Of a DNA stretch of 64,000 bases, positions 1 to 11,762 are shown piece after piece (positions within the stretch are counted from its first letter, which is position 1; every line of letters starts with the position of its first letter). The notes below the pieces were generated by a model, which was not told the origin of the DNA, did no database searches, and was given only the letters and a program-made list of their open reading frames with translations. The translations under genes were made by a program, and so were the position numbers. Location of the stretch: assembly GCA_951406725.2 (NCBI GenBank), contig OX597818.1, positions 6,758,001-6,822,000 of the forward strand, written 5' to 3'. Source of the stretch: Octopus vulgaris. Its lineage: Eukaryota.

Positions 1-553
1 GTCTGTTCAGGAGTCAAAAGGCGAGGGATCCACCTTGCAAAAACCTGTCACAATGTTGTCTGCTCTTTCACTTGAGATGCCCAGTCTCTCGGCTATCTGA
101 TGACATGATATTCAGCGATCTTGCATTATCATACCAAGAGCAAGGTCAGGGTTGTCCTTGATGGTTGCATTTGGAGGTTTCTCTGGTCTGGGATCATCTT
201 CCACACACTCCCTGCCACGCTTGAATTCATTTACATAGCGTTTGACTGTTGCATATTAAGGAGAATTGTCTGTTAAGTTTCTCACCATATCTTCATAGAT
301 TTCTGCTGGAGTCATGGCTTTCAACTGAAGGTACTTTATGACAGCACCATACTCAGTTTTCTCTATTTTCCTTGTAAACTCGAAACTTGTTTATTCAAAA
401 ATCTGCAACAAAAAGAAAATTAAAATATCAGAATCATATAAATGAGCAAGAATCCTCCGAAAAAATTGTACTTACCAGAAAAAACTGTTTTAGCTATTCT
501 AGCTATATAGAAGCCCCGTTTCTAGGTTAGGCTCAAAACTTTCATGGACCCCC

Positions 554-558
<5 letters not shown>
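1..558 (-). mobile_element. Mariner transposon 5' half (decayed transposase about 1-366, TIR about 526-558)
   Basis: Minus strand reads EKTEYGAVIKYLQLKAMTPAEIYEDMVRNL..S.*YATVKRYVNEFKRGRECVEDDPR...ARWIPRLLTPEQ, i.e. the mariner HTH region and a WVPxxL-type linker, with an internal stop. The TIR-like end abuts (TA)n. Confidence 0.85.
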
Positions 559-607
<49 letters not shown>

Positions 608-1017
608 ATCTACGGACATTTATGTAAGTAAAATTACGTAATATGTTAATAGTGAAACATGTATGCGAATAATCTATATTTTTATTGCTTTTTCTTTTGT
701 CTTTGCTCGATTACGTTTCGCTTGTTTTGCTAAATGTTTCTTGAGAACATTTCTTAGTGGTAAGACCATAGCGGATCTATTTCTAGCATAAGGGTGTCCA
801 CATAGTGGTTTCCCTCTAATATATACATGGTATATTCCGTTAGGAACGTAATAGAGTGCAGAATAAAGCCCTTCAGAATTGCTCAATGCTATCCAGTAAT
901 ATACTTCCAAGTTTATGTTTGGGCGTTCATCTTGCGTGAATATATTTATCTATGTGCGTATGCCTATGCTTATATTCGTATATATACATTTGTGTGTGTG
1001 TGTGGGGGGATATATAA

Positions 1018-1058
<41 letters not shown>

Positions 1059-1071
1059 TGGATTTATTATA

Positions 1072-1372
1072 TACAGGATGCGTAAGCTATTAAAGAACAC
1101 ACGTTATTTTAGTTATTGCTGCATTTTTTGCTAACTCTGTACAATCTTTGTTTCAGTAAATTATAATTGTAGGCCTTCAGCTTACTCAAGAAATGAAGGG
1201 GCATGCTGTTATTGTGGTTATAAAGGCTGAGCAGAGCGATTTAGAAATATCTCGATTTTTCAAAGTTGCCTGATCTTTCGTCTACAAAATGTGTAAGGTG
1301 CTAGAGACTGAAGACGAAAACGTATCACCAGTATCAAAGCATAAAAAAGCATTCTAAACGCCCTGAAATCAG
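1072..1372 (+). mobile_element. Tc1/mariner-superfamily transposase N-terminal remnant
   Basis: Starts TA-CAGGATG; frame from 1181 reads LTQEMKGHAVIVVIKAEQSDLEISRFFKVA*SFVYKMCKVLE, an HTH-like N-terminus with a stop. Confidence 0.55.
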
Positions 1373-1629
1373 TGTTTTCTTCGGAACATATTTTGGAAGT
1401 ATAAATATTTGAATTACACCCGCGTTTAACTTCATTTATTTATTTATCTAGCTATATAAAAACATTTCACCAAAACCTGGAGTTTCTACCTATATAATCA
1501 AGCTGTTACATCCTTGGTACTTGTGTGATTTTTGCCACCCTGGTAACTATTTATTTTTTCGTGTTATTTGTAAGCATTGAAAACATACATATACATTTGT
1601 GTGTGTGTGTGTTTACATATTTATATGTG

Positions 1630-1775
1630 TCAATCATTTGACTGCTGCCATGCTGGATCACCACCTTAATGCGTTTAAGTCTACCAGATCGATACAGAAT
1701 TTATTGTGTAAGCGTTATACTTATTCTCTCAGTTTTTTTACCGAATCGCTAAGTTACGGAGACATAACACACACA
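1630..1775 (-). mobile_element. SINE 3' portion
   Basis: Diverged reverse complement of the SINE body at 42840-43015 (CCAGCATGGCCGCAGTCAAATGA motif). Confidence 0.7.
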
Positions 1776-1917
1776 CAAAGTGTGCGTGTATATTATGTAT
1801 GTATGACTGTATTGAATTAGATACTGAAGTTGAAGCACCAAGTCGGTCCGGGATTGTCCGCACAGCTTGAAGTAAGGTGAAGAAAATCAAAATCAGCAAC
1901 AGTATATCAAGTAGTGA

Positions 1918-2003
1918 TGCAGTACAACCGTTTCAGATGGTTCCATTTAATTGAACAATGCAAGCCTTGCATCAATTTAAACGCAGTGCTATCTTCAGCT
2001 GCA
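1918..2003 (-). ncRNA. Degenerate type I hammerhead ribozyme motif
   Basis: Minus: UGCAG-CUGAAGA-[long stem II]-GAAAC-GGUU-GUA-CUGCA. Stem I has 5 bp; the base of stem II pairs poorly. Confidence 0.55.
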
Positions 2004-3023
2004 GAAATAAATAAATAAATAAATAGAATTTTAACAAGTAGGACACATTAATACAATTGTTCTCAAATATTTTAACAGAGCAAGAAGAATGAAGAAATTC
2101 ATGTTATTGCTATTGTAGCTAAGAATTGTCTATTATTAGTTAGTGTGTCCGCTTGAAACACTCGTACTGCATCACTACTTGATATCCTGTTTCTTATTTT
2201 GATTATATATATTATTATATATTATATATAACCCCTTTTGTTCCCTGTTACTTCTAGAAAGAGAATTGTCTTGTCAGCTGGACAGGTGTCAATTTAACTT
2301 CACAGAAAGTGTTTTGAAAGAGGTAAAGTGTTCAATATGATTTATAGACTTATTTAATTTCATTTGATTTTGTTGTCTCAGTTATAGAGTTCTTAATATT
2401 CGCGGATTGAAGACATCATTTTGAGGTAATTGAAACTCCTAAGTACGCAGCAGGAAAGGATTTATTGATTACTCTATCATATTTACATTACGGAAGAACT
2501 GAAATATTTTGACTAAGAGGCAAATCATTGTACTTCACTGTTCATTAGTTGTGTGCATATTTATGTATAAAAATATGGTCATATACACGATCGTTTTATA
2601 TACATATTATATCAGCGAAATTTCTTTGAATCCCAATCTGCCGCCTTCGAAAGCAAAGACGTGGTTCTTGATATAATATCTTTACTTCAGAATGTGAAGA
2701 CGTGAGGCAACTAAATATATTAAATACAAACTTCCCAAAAGATAAATTCCCCTGCTCAAACACATCATATACAGTGTAACACATGGAAGTAAATAATTCC
2801 GTACTATCAAAAGATATTGCACGTATGAAAAACTTGTATTGCAATGCACACCCAAATCATATTTTACCAAACGATTATCACCACTTAAATTTTGTTTTCA
2901 CTAATTCGCAGTGTAATTAACTGATTGTAATAACATAAAAGATAACTAACTATGTAACTCCCAGACGATCGTTCGCATTTGTATCTTTAGGAGGTACATT
3001 TCTCTGAAATTTCACTCCTCTTA

Positions 3024-3057
<34 letters not shown>

Positions 3058-3347
3058 AATCTCTAAATCAGACAATTAGGCTTTATATATAACAAATTAT
3101 AGAATTTTCGCAATGGGATCTTTTTATAGAGGACGATTTGCTCAAATTTCACATAACTTTAAAAAGCAAAATGTATCAAAACTGGCATAAAACATAATTG
3201 GAACTCGACTCATCCATATTTAAACGGATAATTTTGTCCTTAATCTTCTATGTCAAATTATAATAAAAAATAAAATCATGGCTATCTAAAATTATAGATC
3301 TAATCGACCAGGGAGAATTCGGAGCCGAATAACAAAATCAATAACAT

Positions 3348-3750
3348 TGGTTTCATATTTTGGTACAAGGCCAGTAATTTCAGGAGAGAGGGTAAGTCGA
3401 TTACCACGGCCGTACTGCTCACTTAGAACTTATTTTATCGACCTCCAAAGTAGACGAAAGGTAAAGTCAACCTCGGCGAAATTTGAACTCACAACAACGT
3501 AAAGATTGACGAAAAGCCACTGAGCACTTTGCCCCGAGTGGGAATGCTTCTGCCAGTTCAATAACATTAATGGTTTCAAATTTTTCACAAGGAGGAAAGC
3601 AAGGCGACTACGTACACCTCAATATTTAAACGGTACTTATTTTATCGACCCTGAAAAACAAAAAAGAATAAAAGTCGAACAGCACCGAATTTGAATTCAC
3701 GATATTAACTTCAAGGATAAATACGGATATGAATTTCATTCGATGCGCTT
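3348..3750 (-). mobile_element. Two tandem decayed tRNA-derived SINEs
   Basis: Two copies of the TTTTATCGAC...AAAGTC(A/G)AC...ATTTGAA(C/T)TCA module (reverse B-box GAGTTCAAAT). Same family as 31575-31790 and 50057-50470. Confidence 0.7.
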
Positions 3751-4215
3751 ATATGAACAGTGCACTTGAGATCCGAGGGTTTGTATTTCCGCATGGTATA
3801 TCAATGCATTTCGAATTCTAAATTGCAATATTGCTTTGTCTTTATTGGGAAGATGATATAGCAGATGATATAAAGCATTTTTTTCAATACTGAACATAAC
3901 AAAATATGTGCTCAAAGGTTATATTATACAATAAATTTGTTGCTACCAGGTTTTATAAAAATTTCAAAACTGAGGACATATTACTTTACTTTTACACCTA
4001 TAATTTACTGTGGTTCATTAAATATTGACACATGTATAAATATCAAATTTTTTCCTTCATTTGTTCTTATCGTCAATAATCAACTCAAACAAATGAAATT
4101 TAGGGAAATATAATGTTATCAAAAATGTCTCTCAACAAATTTATATACATATGTGTGTGTGCGCGTGTGTGTCTATATACGAGTATATGTATGTAAATAT
4201 GTATATACATATGTT

Positions 4216-5023
4216 TACGAGTGAAAGTCAAACGTTATCCACACTTTCACCATAATATATTATTATTATGATTGCCACACTGCCTTCTGCGCATGCCTGC
4301 TTATAGTTAGTACAATTGTGGTCACGTGACCGAAGTTTGAGCCTGATCGCGCCAATCCTTTTTTTTTTTTGGTTGTAAAGTATAAGCGTAGCAACTCCAC
4401 TAGCAATGTGCACCAAAGAAAAACAAAGAGCAGTGGTCGGAAGGTGTGTTAGGTGCTGAAAATCATTGGCAGCTTTTAGTACAATTGGTTATTGATTTCA
4501 ACGGTCCGGACGGCCAATGCATGCATTGTCATGCAATAACAAAATTTCCATCGACAATAGACTTAGCATTTGGTGCGCACTGCGGGCTTCACTTTGTTGG
4601 CCCCCAAAGCACTGTATATTGCACTGTTGATCGTACACCCCTTTTCCATGTAGACTTCCATTATAGGCCCTTTCGAGTCTCAAAAAAGGGTTAACATCAC
4701 CTTTTCCGCAGAAGACTGAGTCTTGAATTTCTTAGTCGCTGGCGTGCTCTGCAGTAAGGTTTCTTGGCGCCTAACTTACACCGACTCTATGGTAGCTGAG
4801 CTCATCGTAGATGATTTCAGTACCTTGACCCAGATTCCGACTAGAGAAATCGGATCACTGCTCTTTGTTCTTCTTTGTGCACATTGATAGTGGAGCGGCC
4901 ATGCTTATACTGTAGTATAGTGACCACAGCAGTAACAACTGTGAGCAAGCATGCGCAGAAAGCAGTGTGACAATAATAAAAACATTCTATGGCGAAAGTA
5001 CGGTTAATTTTTGACTTTCCCTC

Positions 5024-5028
<5 letters not shown>
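4216..5028 (-). mobile_element. Rearranged, internally deleted mariner bounded by two inverted 5' ends
   Basis: Ends TACGAGTGAAAGTCAAACGTTATCCACACTTTC and GAAAGTACGGTTAATTTTTGACTTTCCCTCATGTA. Minus strand gives KKFKTQSSAEKVMLTLF*DSKG...ILLLHDNA, part of the mariner catalytic domain. Confidence 0.8.
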
Positions 5029-5062
<34 letters not shown>

Positions 5063-5515
5063 GAGAGAGAGAGAGGGGGGAGAGAGAGAGTCAAACAGAT
5101 AGATAGATATACATATATGGCGGGCCCATGACTGAGTGTCGGTTTATCTCTGTTTAAACCGAAGTGAGTGACTGTATCAAATTCTTCATTTCAGATTATA
5201 TACGGACAGAAATATCATATAAAACAAACCGTAAGCAAAATGGGAAAAATCAAGAAAAGTAAATTTGGAATTCTACAAGTACTAGGCTTACAAAGAGTAA
5301 GTCCTGAGGTTGACTTCTTCGAGACTAAAATCCTTTAAGACGTTCCTCCAGCATGGCCGCAATCAAATAACAGAGAAAAGTAAAAGAATAGAAGTAAAGC
5401 ATTAAAAAACATACACCATGTGGAAAATAGACTGATTACAATACTTTTATATTTGAAATTATTTCTATCAAATTATTACTAAAAGTACAATATCTCTTAA
5501 GGAAACACACACACG

Positions 5516-5561
<46 letters not shown>

Positions 5562-5596
5562 TGAATACATACACGTACATACATATACACAAACAC

Positions 5597-6064
5597 TGTG
5601 TTGAAGAGACCTGCTTTGCTATATTTTCTAACAGTGGTCGAGTGTGGGTCTAGAAACTCTGTAATCAGGAATTTGACATGAGAATCTTACTGTCAACAAC
5701 GAAGCAAGGCAGCTATTCTGTGATTGTCTGGGGAGCAATTTGGAGCAATGGTCAATCACAGCTGCTGGAGTATGATGGAAACATAAACTCAGATAAATAT
5801 ATGTCCATATTGCAGGAAGGACTCTTTCAAATCCGTTCCAGGGATGAAATGATTCAAGAAGAAGCTTTATTTATGGAAGATGTGGCTCCTTGTCACTCAG
5901 TTAAAATAACTAAGATTGATTGGAAAAGAATGACATTTAAAACTTTACGTGGCCAAACCAGTCGCCAGATATTAACCCTATTGGACACACCTGGGGCATT
6001 ATGGACAGGACACTTCGTAAAAAGAACAAGAGAACAATCTCAAAACAATTTCTTTTCAGATTTC

Positions 6065-6066
<2 letters not shown>
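5597..6066 (+). pseudogene. Tc1 DDE transposase fragment
   Basis: ORF 5678 reads SVIVWGAIWSNG...GNINSDKYMSILQEGL...LFMEDVAPCH, followed by a frameshifted xQSPDINPI. Same family as 49702-51297. Confidence 0.85.
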
Positions 6067-6121
<55 letters not shown>

Positions 6122-6207
6122 ATTAGAGACAAAACCACTATTTTGCAAAACAAACAAGGAAAGACTTAATCAATACATAAAATTTTAATAAAAAGTCAAA
6201 AAAACCG

Positions 6208-6250
6208 CCACTACAATTGTTTCTTGTCTTGATCGACAATCTTCAGGTGG
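6208..6250 (-). ncRNA. Minimal type I hammerhead ribozyme
   Basis: Minus: CCAC-CUGAAGA-UUGUC-gaucaa-GACAA-GAAAC-AAUU-GUA-GUGG. Intact core, stem III palindrome ACAAUUGU, GUA triplet. Confidence 0.85.
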
Positions 6251-6285
6251 ACTTCCAATAAGTCAGTTTCAAATAATGAAACTGA

Positions 6286-6315
6286 CTAACCTAAACCCTA
6301 ACCCTAAACCTAACC

Positions 6316-6356
<41 letters not shown>

Positions 6357-6405
6357 CCCTAACCCTAACCCTAACCCTAACCCTAACCCTAACCCTAACC
6401 CTAAC
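6286..6405 (+). repeat. Interstitial telomeric repeat (CCCTAA)n, about 20 units
   Basis: Read directly; a few variant units (CCTAAA, CCCTAAA). Confidence 0.95.
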
Positions 6406-6621
6406 TCAAGACAAGAAACAATTGTAGTGGCGGTTTTTTTTACTTTTTTATTAAAATTTTATGTATTGATTAAGTCTTTCCTTGTTTGTTTTGCAAAATA
6501 GTGGTTTTGTCTCTAATAATATTATATAATATTTTACTATAAAATTGGATTTAATCCTAAATCTGATTTTTTCCCTGTAAATTTGGATTTATTCCCTAAT
6601 ATTTATTATATATTTATATAC

Positions 6622-7415
6622 AGAATTTACAAAAATTAAAAAACAAAAGACGAAGACAGGTGGTGTAGACAACAATCGGCTGCATTAGTTTAACGCTCGG
6701 GGAGTGAAAAAGTCTTTAACATTTCGAACCTACGCTCTTCCACAGAAAGGAACACTGAAAGAAACGGAGAGAAAATAAAGAATGTGTAGTGGCTAGCGAA
6801 GTATCATGGCGAATGCCGGACAGAGGGGTCACACGGGAGAGCTAGGAAGAAGAGATAATAAAGTAGTGGTGATCCAAAAACGAAGGTGCGCGTGCATGGG
6901 TATATGAGAGCTGGTGACATTCACTTGTGCGTGTGTGCATGTGCAGGTGTGTGGTGATGGTGTGAGGCTGCAAAGTGGACAACGCTAGTGTTGGCGTGGT
7001 GGTGTGATGTGATGTGGTGTTGCGTGGTATGGTGGTGTTTGGTGTGGGGGTGTGTGATGTGGTGTTGGGATGTGGGGCAGATGAGAGTGGAGAAACAAGG
7101 TTGCGGTGTGGGTTAGGCTGAGGGTGAGGGTAGAGGTGGGGTATGTAGGATTAGTTGTAAGGGATGGGGTAGGGTGGGATGGAATCGATAGGGAAGGTGG
7201 CGTTGGCTTGTGTAGAGGTGGGGTTACTATGGAGGGGTGACGATGAAGGGAGGGGGGAAATGAGAAAGTGGGTAGGAGTGAAGAGAAGTAGGAGTCGGAC
7301 CAAGAGAGGAGAGGTGGGTGGGAGGAATAAGGTGTGAGAGGAAGAGAGGAGAGGGGAGGAGAGTTGAGCCCATATGGCACAAAGGATCGAAGAGAGAAGA
7401 CTAATCCCTACCAAG
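6622..7415 (-). mobile_element. Penelope-like element 3' end (endonuclease C-terminus, pyrimidine-rich UTR, pLTR)
   Basis: Minus strand near 7410-7360 reads LVFSLRSFVPYGLN, resembling the C-terminus of PLE GIY-YIG domains. A hammerhead-like motif lies downstream. Confidence 0.65.
6714..6749 (-). ncRNA. Variant minimal hammerhead motif (CUGUGGA core)
   Basis: Minus: CUUU-CUGUGGA-A-GAGC-guag-GUUC-GAAAUGUU-AAAG. Related to the motif at 8778-8812. Confidence 0.55.
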
Positions 7416-7503
7416 ATTGGAAGGATATAGAGAAGATTAGCAGATTAACATCACCCCTGTGCAAAAATGACACGCAAGTTCGTAAAGCGTTCTATATTTT
7501 TTA

Positions 7504-7645
7504 GGCACAGTCGTGGTTGTGTGACAAAAAGCTTCCTTCCCAACCACATGTACCCGGGTTCAGCTCCACTGGCTGACCTCTTGCGAAAGTGTATTCGATT
7601 ATAGCTTGGGGCCGACCAATGCCTTGTTTGTGAGTTGATTTCGGA
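7504..7645 (+). mobile_element. SINE 5' tRNA-derived head (decayed)
   Basis: Similar to 41119-41255 (GGGTTCAG.TCCACTG and GGCCGACCAATGCCTTG). Confidence 0.7.
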
Positions 7646-7738
7646 TCTATATATACACGACGGGGTTCTTTCCATTTCTACGAAATCCGTGTATTTGCAA
7701 AAATGATAGGAGCAAATGTTAGTTCTTGGCTGGTGGGC

Positions 7739-7793
7739 TTGGCTGATGAGAATCAGGCACCGTTTGGCGCTAAATTCGAAATTATGATATCAA
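7739..7793 (+). ncRNA. Type I hammerhead ribozyme motif in a ~350-bp (TA)n-flanked element (about 7660-8008)
   Basis: UUGG-CUGAUGA-GAAU-[20 nt]-AUUC-GAAAU-UAUG-AUA-UCAA. Intact core, AUA triplet, stem III one change from the palindrome AUCAUGAU. Confidence 0.75.
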
Positions 7794-8008
7794 ACTAACA
7801 ATACTTTTGGTGACCTAGCAGAGGTAAGACTATTTTACTGTTCACTGGAATTTTTTCCTATCATGTTTGTATTAATTTTGCGACGAATCCGTATTTTTGG
7901 CTTCTACTTTTATCGATGCCGGTGTATTTTATTAATATTGCCTGTACAGCTGTTATTCGCTGCCCCTAGTGATGGTATTTTGACACTACTCTCACTCTCA
8001 TATTTGCT

Positions 8009-8087
<79 letters not shown>

Positions 8088-8237
8088 ATATTTCGGAATG
8101 GTCATATTGCCAGTTTAGCCAATAAAAACACACGCACTATATATTTGGTGTTATTTTGCTTCAGTGATATATATATACATGGCGGTGCCCCAGCATGGCC
8201 ACAGCTCATGAGCTGAAACTAGAATCAATCAATCATG

Positions 8238-8280
<43 letters not shown>

Positions 8281-8622
8281 GTGTGTGTGTGTATATATAT
8301 ATAATACAAAATGGGACGAGAACGCAAAACATCCGGACAGTTAGGTGATACAAAAAGAGACAACCAAACATCCAGATAGACGATACAAAGAAAACAAAGA
8401 CGGGCCTCTATCCTCAGTCATGCACCAGATTAGGCTCGCAATTTCGGTTGATTATTCTTGAGATTGCTCCAATCTGGCAAGCCCCAAGGAAAATCTAAGC
8501 TAAAAGCATTAGATTTCTTGGAAGAAAGCAGTGAATGTATACAAAAACAAGGACGGAAAAACGGACAAATTTACACAAATATAAATACAATAACAAATGC
8601 AATCAAAATAATATATATACAT

Positions 8623-8678
<56 letters not shown>

Positions 8679-8683
<5 letters not shown>

Positions 8684-9290
8684 ATCCAAACAAGAAAACA
8701 CAGAAAAAAAACACAGCAACGCGAGGACGTGGAACAATTAAAGTATTATTTGACGCTCAGGAAAGAAGGGAAGGAGGGTTTAACGTTTCGAGCGGAGCTC
8801 TTCGTCGGAAACAAGGAGAAGGAAAGATCCCGAGAAGGGAAGAGAGAGGAAAAAATATTTTTGCTGGTGGTGCTCAAGAGATAACATGTTGAATGAACAG
8901 AGGTTGAGAGGTAGACGAATCATGATTTTTAAAAACAAGAGAGTTTCAAAGACAAGGGATGTGTGTGGGTGCGTGTGCAAGGATGACAAGTGTGTGTGTG
9001 GGTGCGTGTGCAAGGATGACAAGTGTGTTTGTGCGTGCGTGCGTGCGTGTGTGTGTATGTACGTATGGTGAATAATAGGCATAGCAAGCTAGCTGTCATA
9101 AAGGAGTGGCACTTGTTGTATCCAACCAGGTCAAAACCAGGTAAAAAAACAAAGGGGTATATGTGTGTGCGTGTAAGTATATGTATCATGTGTGTGTGTT
9201 GTTTGTAGTGTGTGTGTGTGTGCATGTGTGTGTTCGTGTGTGTATGCGTAGAGTTTGGGTGTGTGGCGAGTAACTGTGCTTAACCTAGTG
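8679..9290 (-). mobile_element. Penelope-like pLTR/3' region
   Basis: Same layout as 6622-6800 (TTA.T..(G/A)ACGCTC.GG, then the hammerhead-like motif, then a purine-rich stretch). Collinear with the RT fragment at 11075-11762. Confidence 0.55.
8778..8812 (-). ncRNA. Variant minimal hammerhead motif (CCGACGA core)
   Basis: Minus: GUUU-CCGACGA-A-GAGC-ucc-GCUC-GAAACGUU-AAAC. Stems I and II pair perfectly; AACGUU palindrome; U4C substitution. Confidence 0.65.
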
Positions 9291-10927
9291 TATGTGTGCG
9301 TGTGTGCTTGTATGTGCGTGTATGTGTGCGTGTGTGTACAATGTAGAGGCTTATATGTGTGTTTATATGTTTATATGTGTGTATGTATGTATGTATGTGT
9401 GTATGTGTGTAGGTGTGTGTGTGTATGTATGTGTATGTATGTATGTGTGCATGCGTGTATGTGTGTGTGTATGTATGTATGTATATGTATGTGTATGTAT
9501 GTATCTATGTATGTATGTGTGTACGTATGTGTGTGTATGTTTTGATGTGTGTATGTGTGTATGTGTATGTGTATGTATGTGTGTATATGTATGCGTGTGT
9601 GTATGTATGTATGTGTGTATGTGTATGTATATGTATGTATGTATGTGTGTGTGTGTATGTGTGTGTGTATGTATGTACGTACGTATGTATGAATATGTGT
9701 GTATGTGTGTAAGTGTATGTGTCTATGTATGTATGTATGTATGTATGTACGTATGTGTGTATGTATGTATTTATGCATGCGTGTATGTGTGTATGTGCGT
9801 GTGTGTACGTATGTATGTGTGTGTATGTATGTATGTATCTATGCGTGTAGTGTATGTATGTGTGTGTGTGTGTATGTGTGTATGTGTGTATGTATGTGTG
9901 TGTGTGTGTGTATGTATGTATATATATGTGTGTGTATGTGTGTGTATGTGTGTATATGTGTGTGTATGTATGTGCGTATGTATGTATGTATGTATGTGTG
10001 TGTATGTGTATATGTGTATGTGTGTGTATGTATGTACGTGTGTGTGTATGTATGTGTGTGTATGTATGTATGTGTGCGTGCGTGTGTGTGTATGTGTGTG
10101 TATGTATGTATATGTATGTTTGTGTAGGTGTGTATCTATGTATGTATGTGTGTATGTATGTGTGTATATATGTATGCATGTGTGTGTATGTATGTATGAG
10201 TGTGTGTATGTGTATGTATGTATGTATGTATGTATGTATGCGTGTGTGTATGTATGTATGTGTGTATGTGTGTAAGTATGTATGTATGTGTGTGTATGTG
10301 TATGTGTATGTATGTATGTATATGTACGCGTGTGTGTATGTGTGTATGTGTGTGTATGTGTGTATAGTATGTATGTGTGCGTATATGTATGCGTATGTAT
10401 GTATGTATGTATGTGTGTGTGTATGTATGCGTATGTATGTATGTGTGCATGCGTGTATGTGTGCATGTGTGTGTCTGTATGTATGTATGTATATGTATGT
10501 GTGTGTATGTATATATGTGTCTATGCATGTATGTGTGTATGTATGCGTGTGTGTATGTATGTATGTGTGTATGTGTGTGTGTATGTATGTATATGTATGC
10601 GTGTGTGTATGTAAGTATGTGTGTATGTATGTATTTGTGTGTATCTGTGTGTGTATGTATGTGTGTGTATGTATGTGTGTATGTTTGTTTGTATGTACGT
10701 GTGTGTGTATGTATGTATGTATGTATGTATGTAATGTGTGTGTGTGTATGTATGTGCGTATGTATGTATGTGTGTGTGTATGTATGTGTATATATGTATG
10801 TATGTGTGCATGCGTGTATGTGTGTATGTGCTTTTGTGTACGTATGTATGTATATGTATGTGTATGTGTGTGTGTATGTGTGTATGTATCTATTTATGTG
10901 TGTATGTGTGTGTGTATGTATGTATGT

Positions 10928-10965
<38 letters not shown>

Positions 10966-11074
10966 ATATGTATGTGTGTGTGTATGTGTGTATGTGTGTA
11001 TGTGTGTGTATGTATGTATGTGTATATGTGTGTGTATGTATGTGTATGTATGTTTGTATGTGTGTGTGTATGTG
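9290..11074. repeat. ~1.8-kb compound (TG)n/(TATG)n microsatellite
   Basis: Read directly; accounts for all overlapping YVCM/HTYI ORFs. Confidence 0.97.
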
Positions 11075-11762
11075 TTTTGTCTCGAAATCCTGGTCGCGGC
11101 TGCACAAGCGTCGGAGGCGGAGGAACTGGGAGTAGGGGATGTCCCGTTTGGTGTGGAAGGGATGGGAGGAGGAGAAGTTGAGATAGAGGTGGGAATCTGT
11201 GGGTTTGAAGAAGGCGGAGGTGGTGAGAGAGTGGGAGGGGTGGTCGACGCTGAGTGAGATATCAAGGAAGTTAACGGAAGTATTGGATATAAATAGAATT
11301 GTAGAGAAGGGTGGAAGTTAGAGGGGAAAGAGATGAAGTTGTTCGCGGGAAAGGGAGGTGGCGCCTATACAGTCGTCTATGTAACGACCTATAGTTCTGG
11401 GGTCGGCCCGGAGAATTGGGAGAATACTTGGGCCTCATTGTAGCCAAAAAAGAGATTGGCGAAATTGGGGCCCATTCTCGTTCCCATCGCAACCCCAGAC
11501 GTTTCCCCGGCGAACGTGAAACAGTTGAGGGTTAGGACGAGCTCTGCCAGGCGGAGAAGGGTGGGGTGCTAGGGGGTGGGGTCGGGACGACGGTCGAGGA
11601 AGTGTTGGAGAGCTAGGAGACCGTCGTTGTGGGGAATTACCGTATACAGGGATTTAATGTCAAGGGTGAAGAGGAGGTGTGAGGGGCTGGAAGGGAAGGA
11701 AAATGAATTGAAGAGACGGATGGCGTGGTTGGTATCATGTATGTGGGAAGGGAGGGAGGGCA
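11075..11762 (-). pseudogene. Penelope-like reverse transcriptase fragment
   Basis: PSHIHDTNH...LFTLDIKSLYTVIPHNDG...GVAMGTRMGPNFANLF...RYIDD (11372-11383)...FLDISL...FKPTDSHLYLNFSSSHPFHTKRDIPYSQFLRLRRLCS; frameshifted. Confidence 0.92.

Larger units (their letters stand above)
6117..6612. mobile_element. Penelope-type pLTR/retrozyme-like element with ~115-bp inverted arms
   Basis: 6117-6232 is the near-exact reverse complement of 6406-6520. The tail 6526-6612 is nearly identical to 40940-41023. Flanked by (TA)n. Confidence 0.75.

Noticed and set aside
775-885. Minus-strand CUGAAGG followed by GAAA motifs
   Set aside because: Non-canonical core and no convincing stems.
8300-8600. Possible type II hammerhead (minus: CGAAAUUGC...CUGAGGA)
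   Set aside because: No UH triplet with compatible stems I-III could be paired; it may be a damaged repeat.
9255-11257. Long ORFs of up to 467 aa (YVCM/HTYI repeats)
   Set aside because: Stop-free translations of a TG/TATG microsatellite in several frames; no coding signature.
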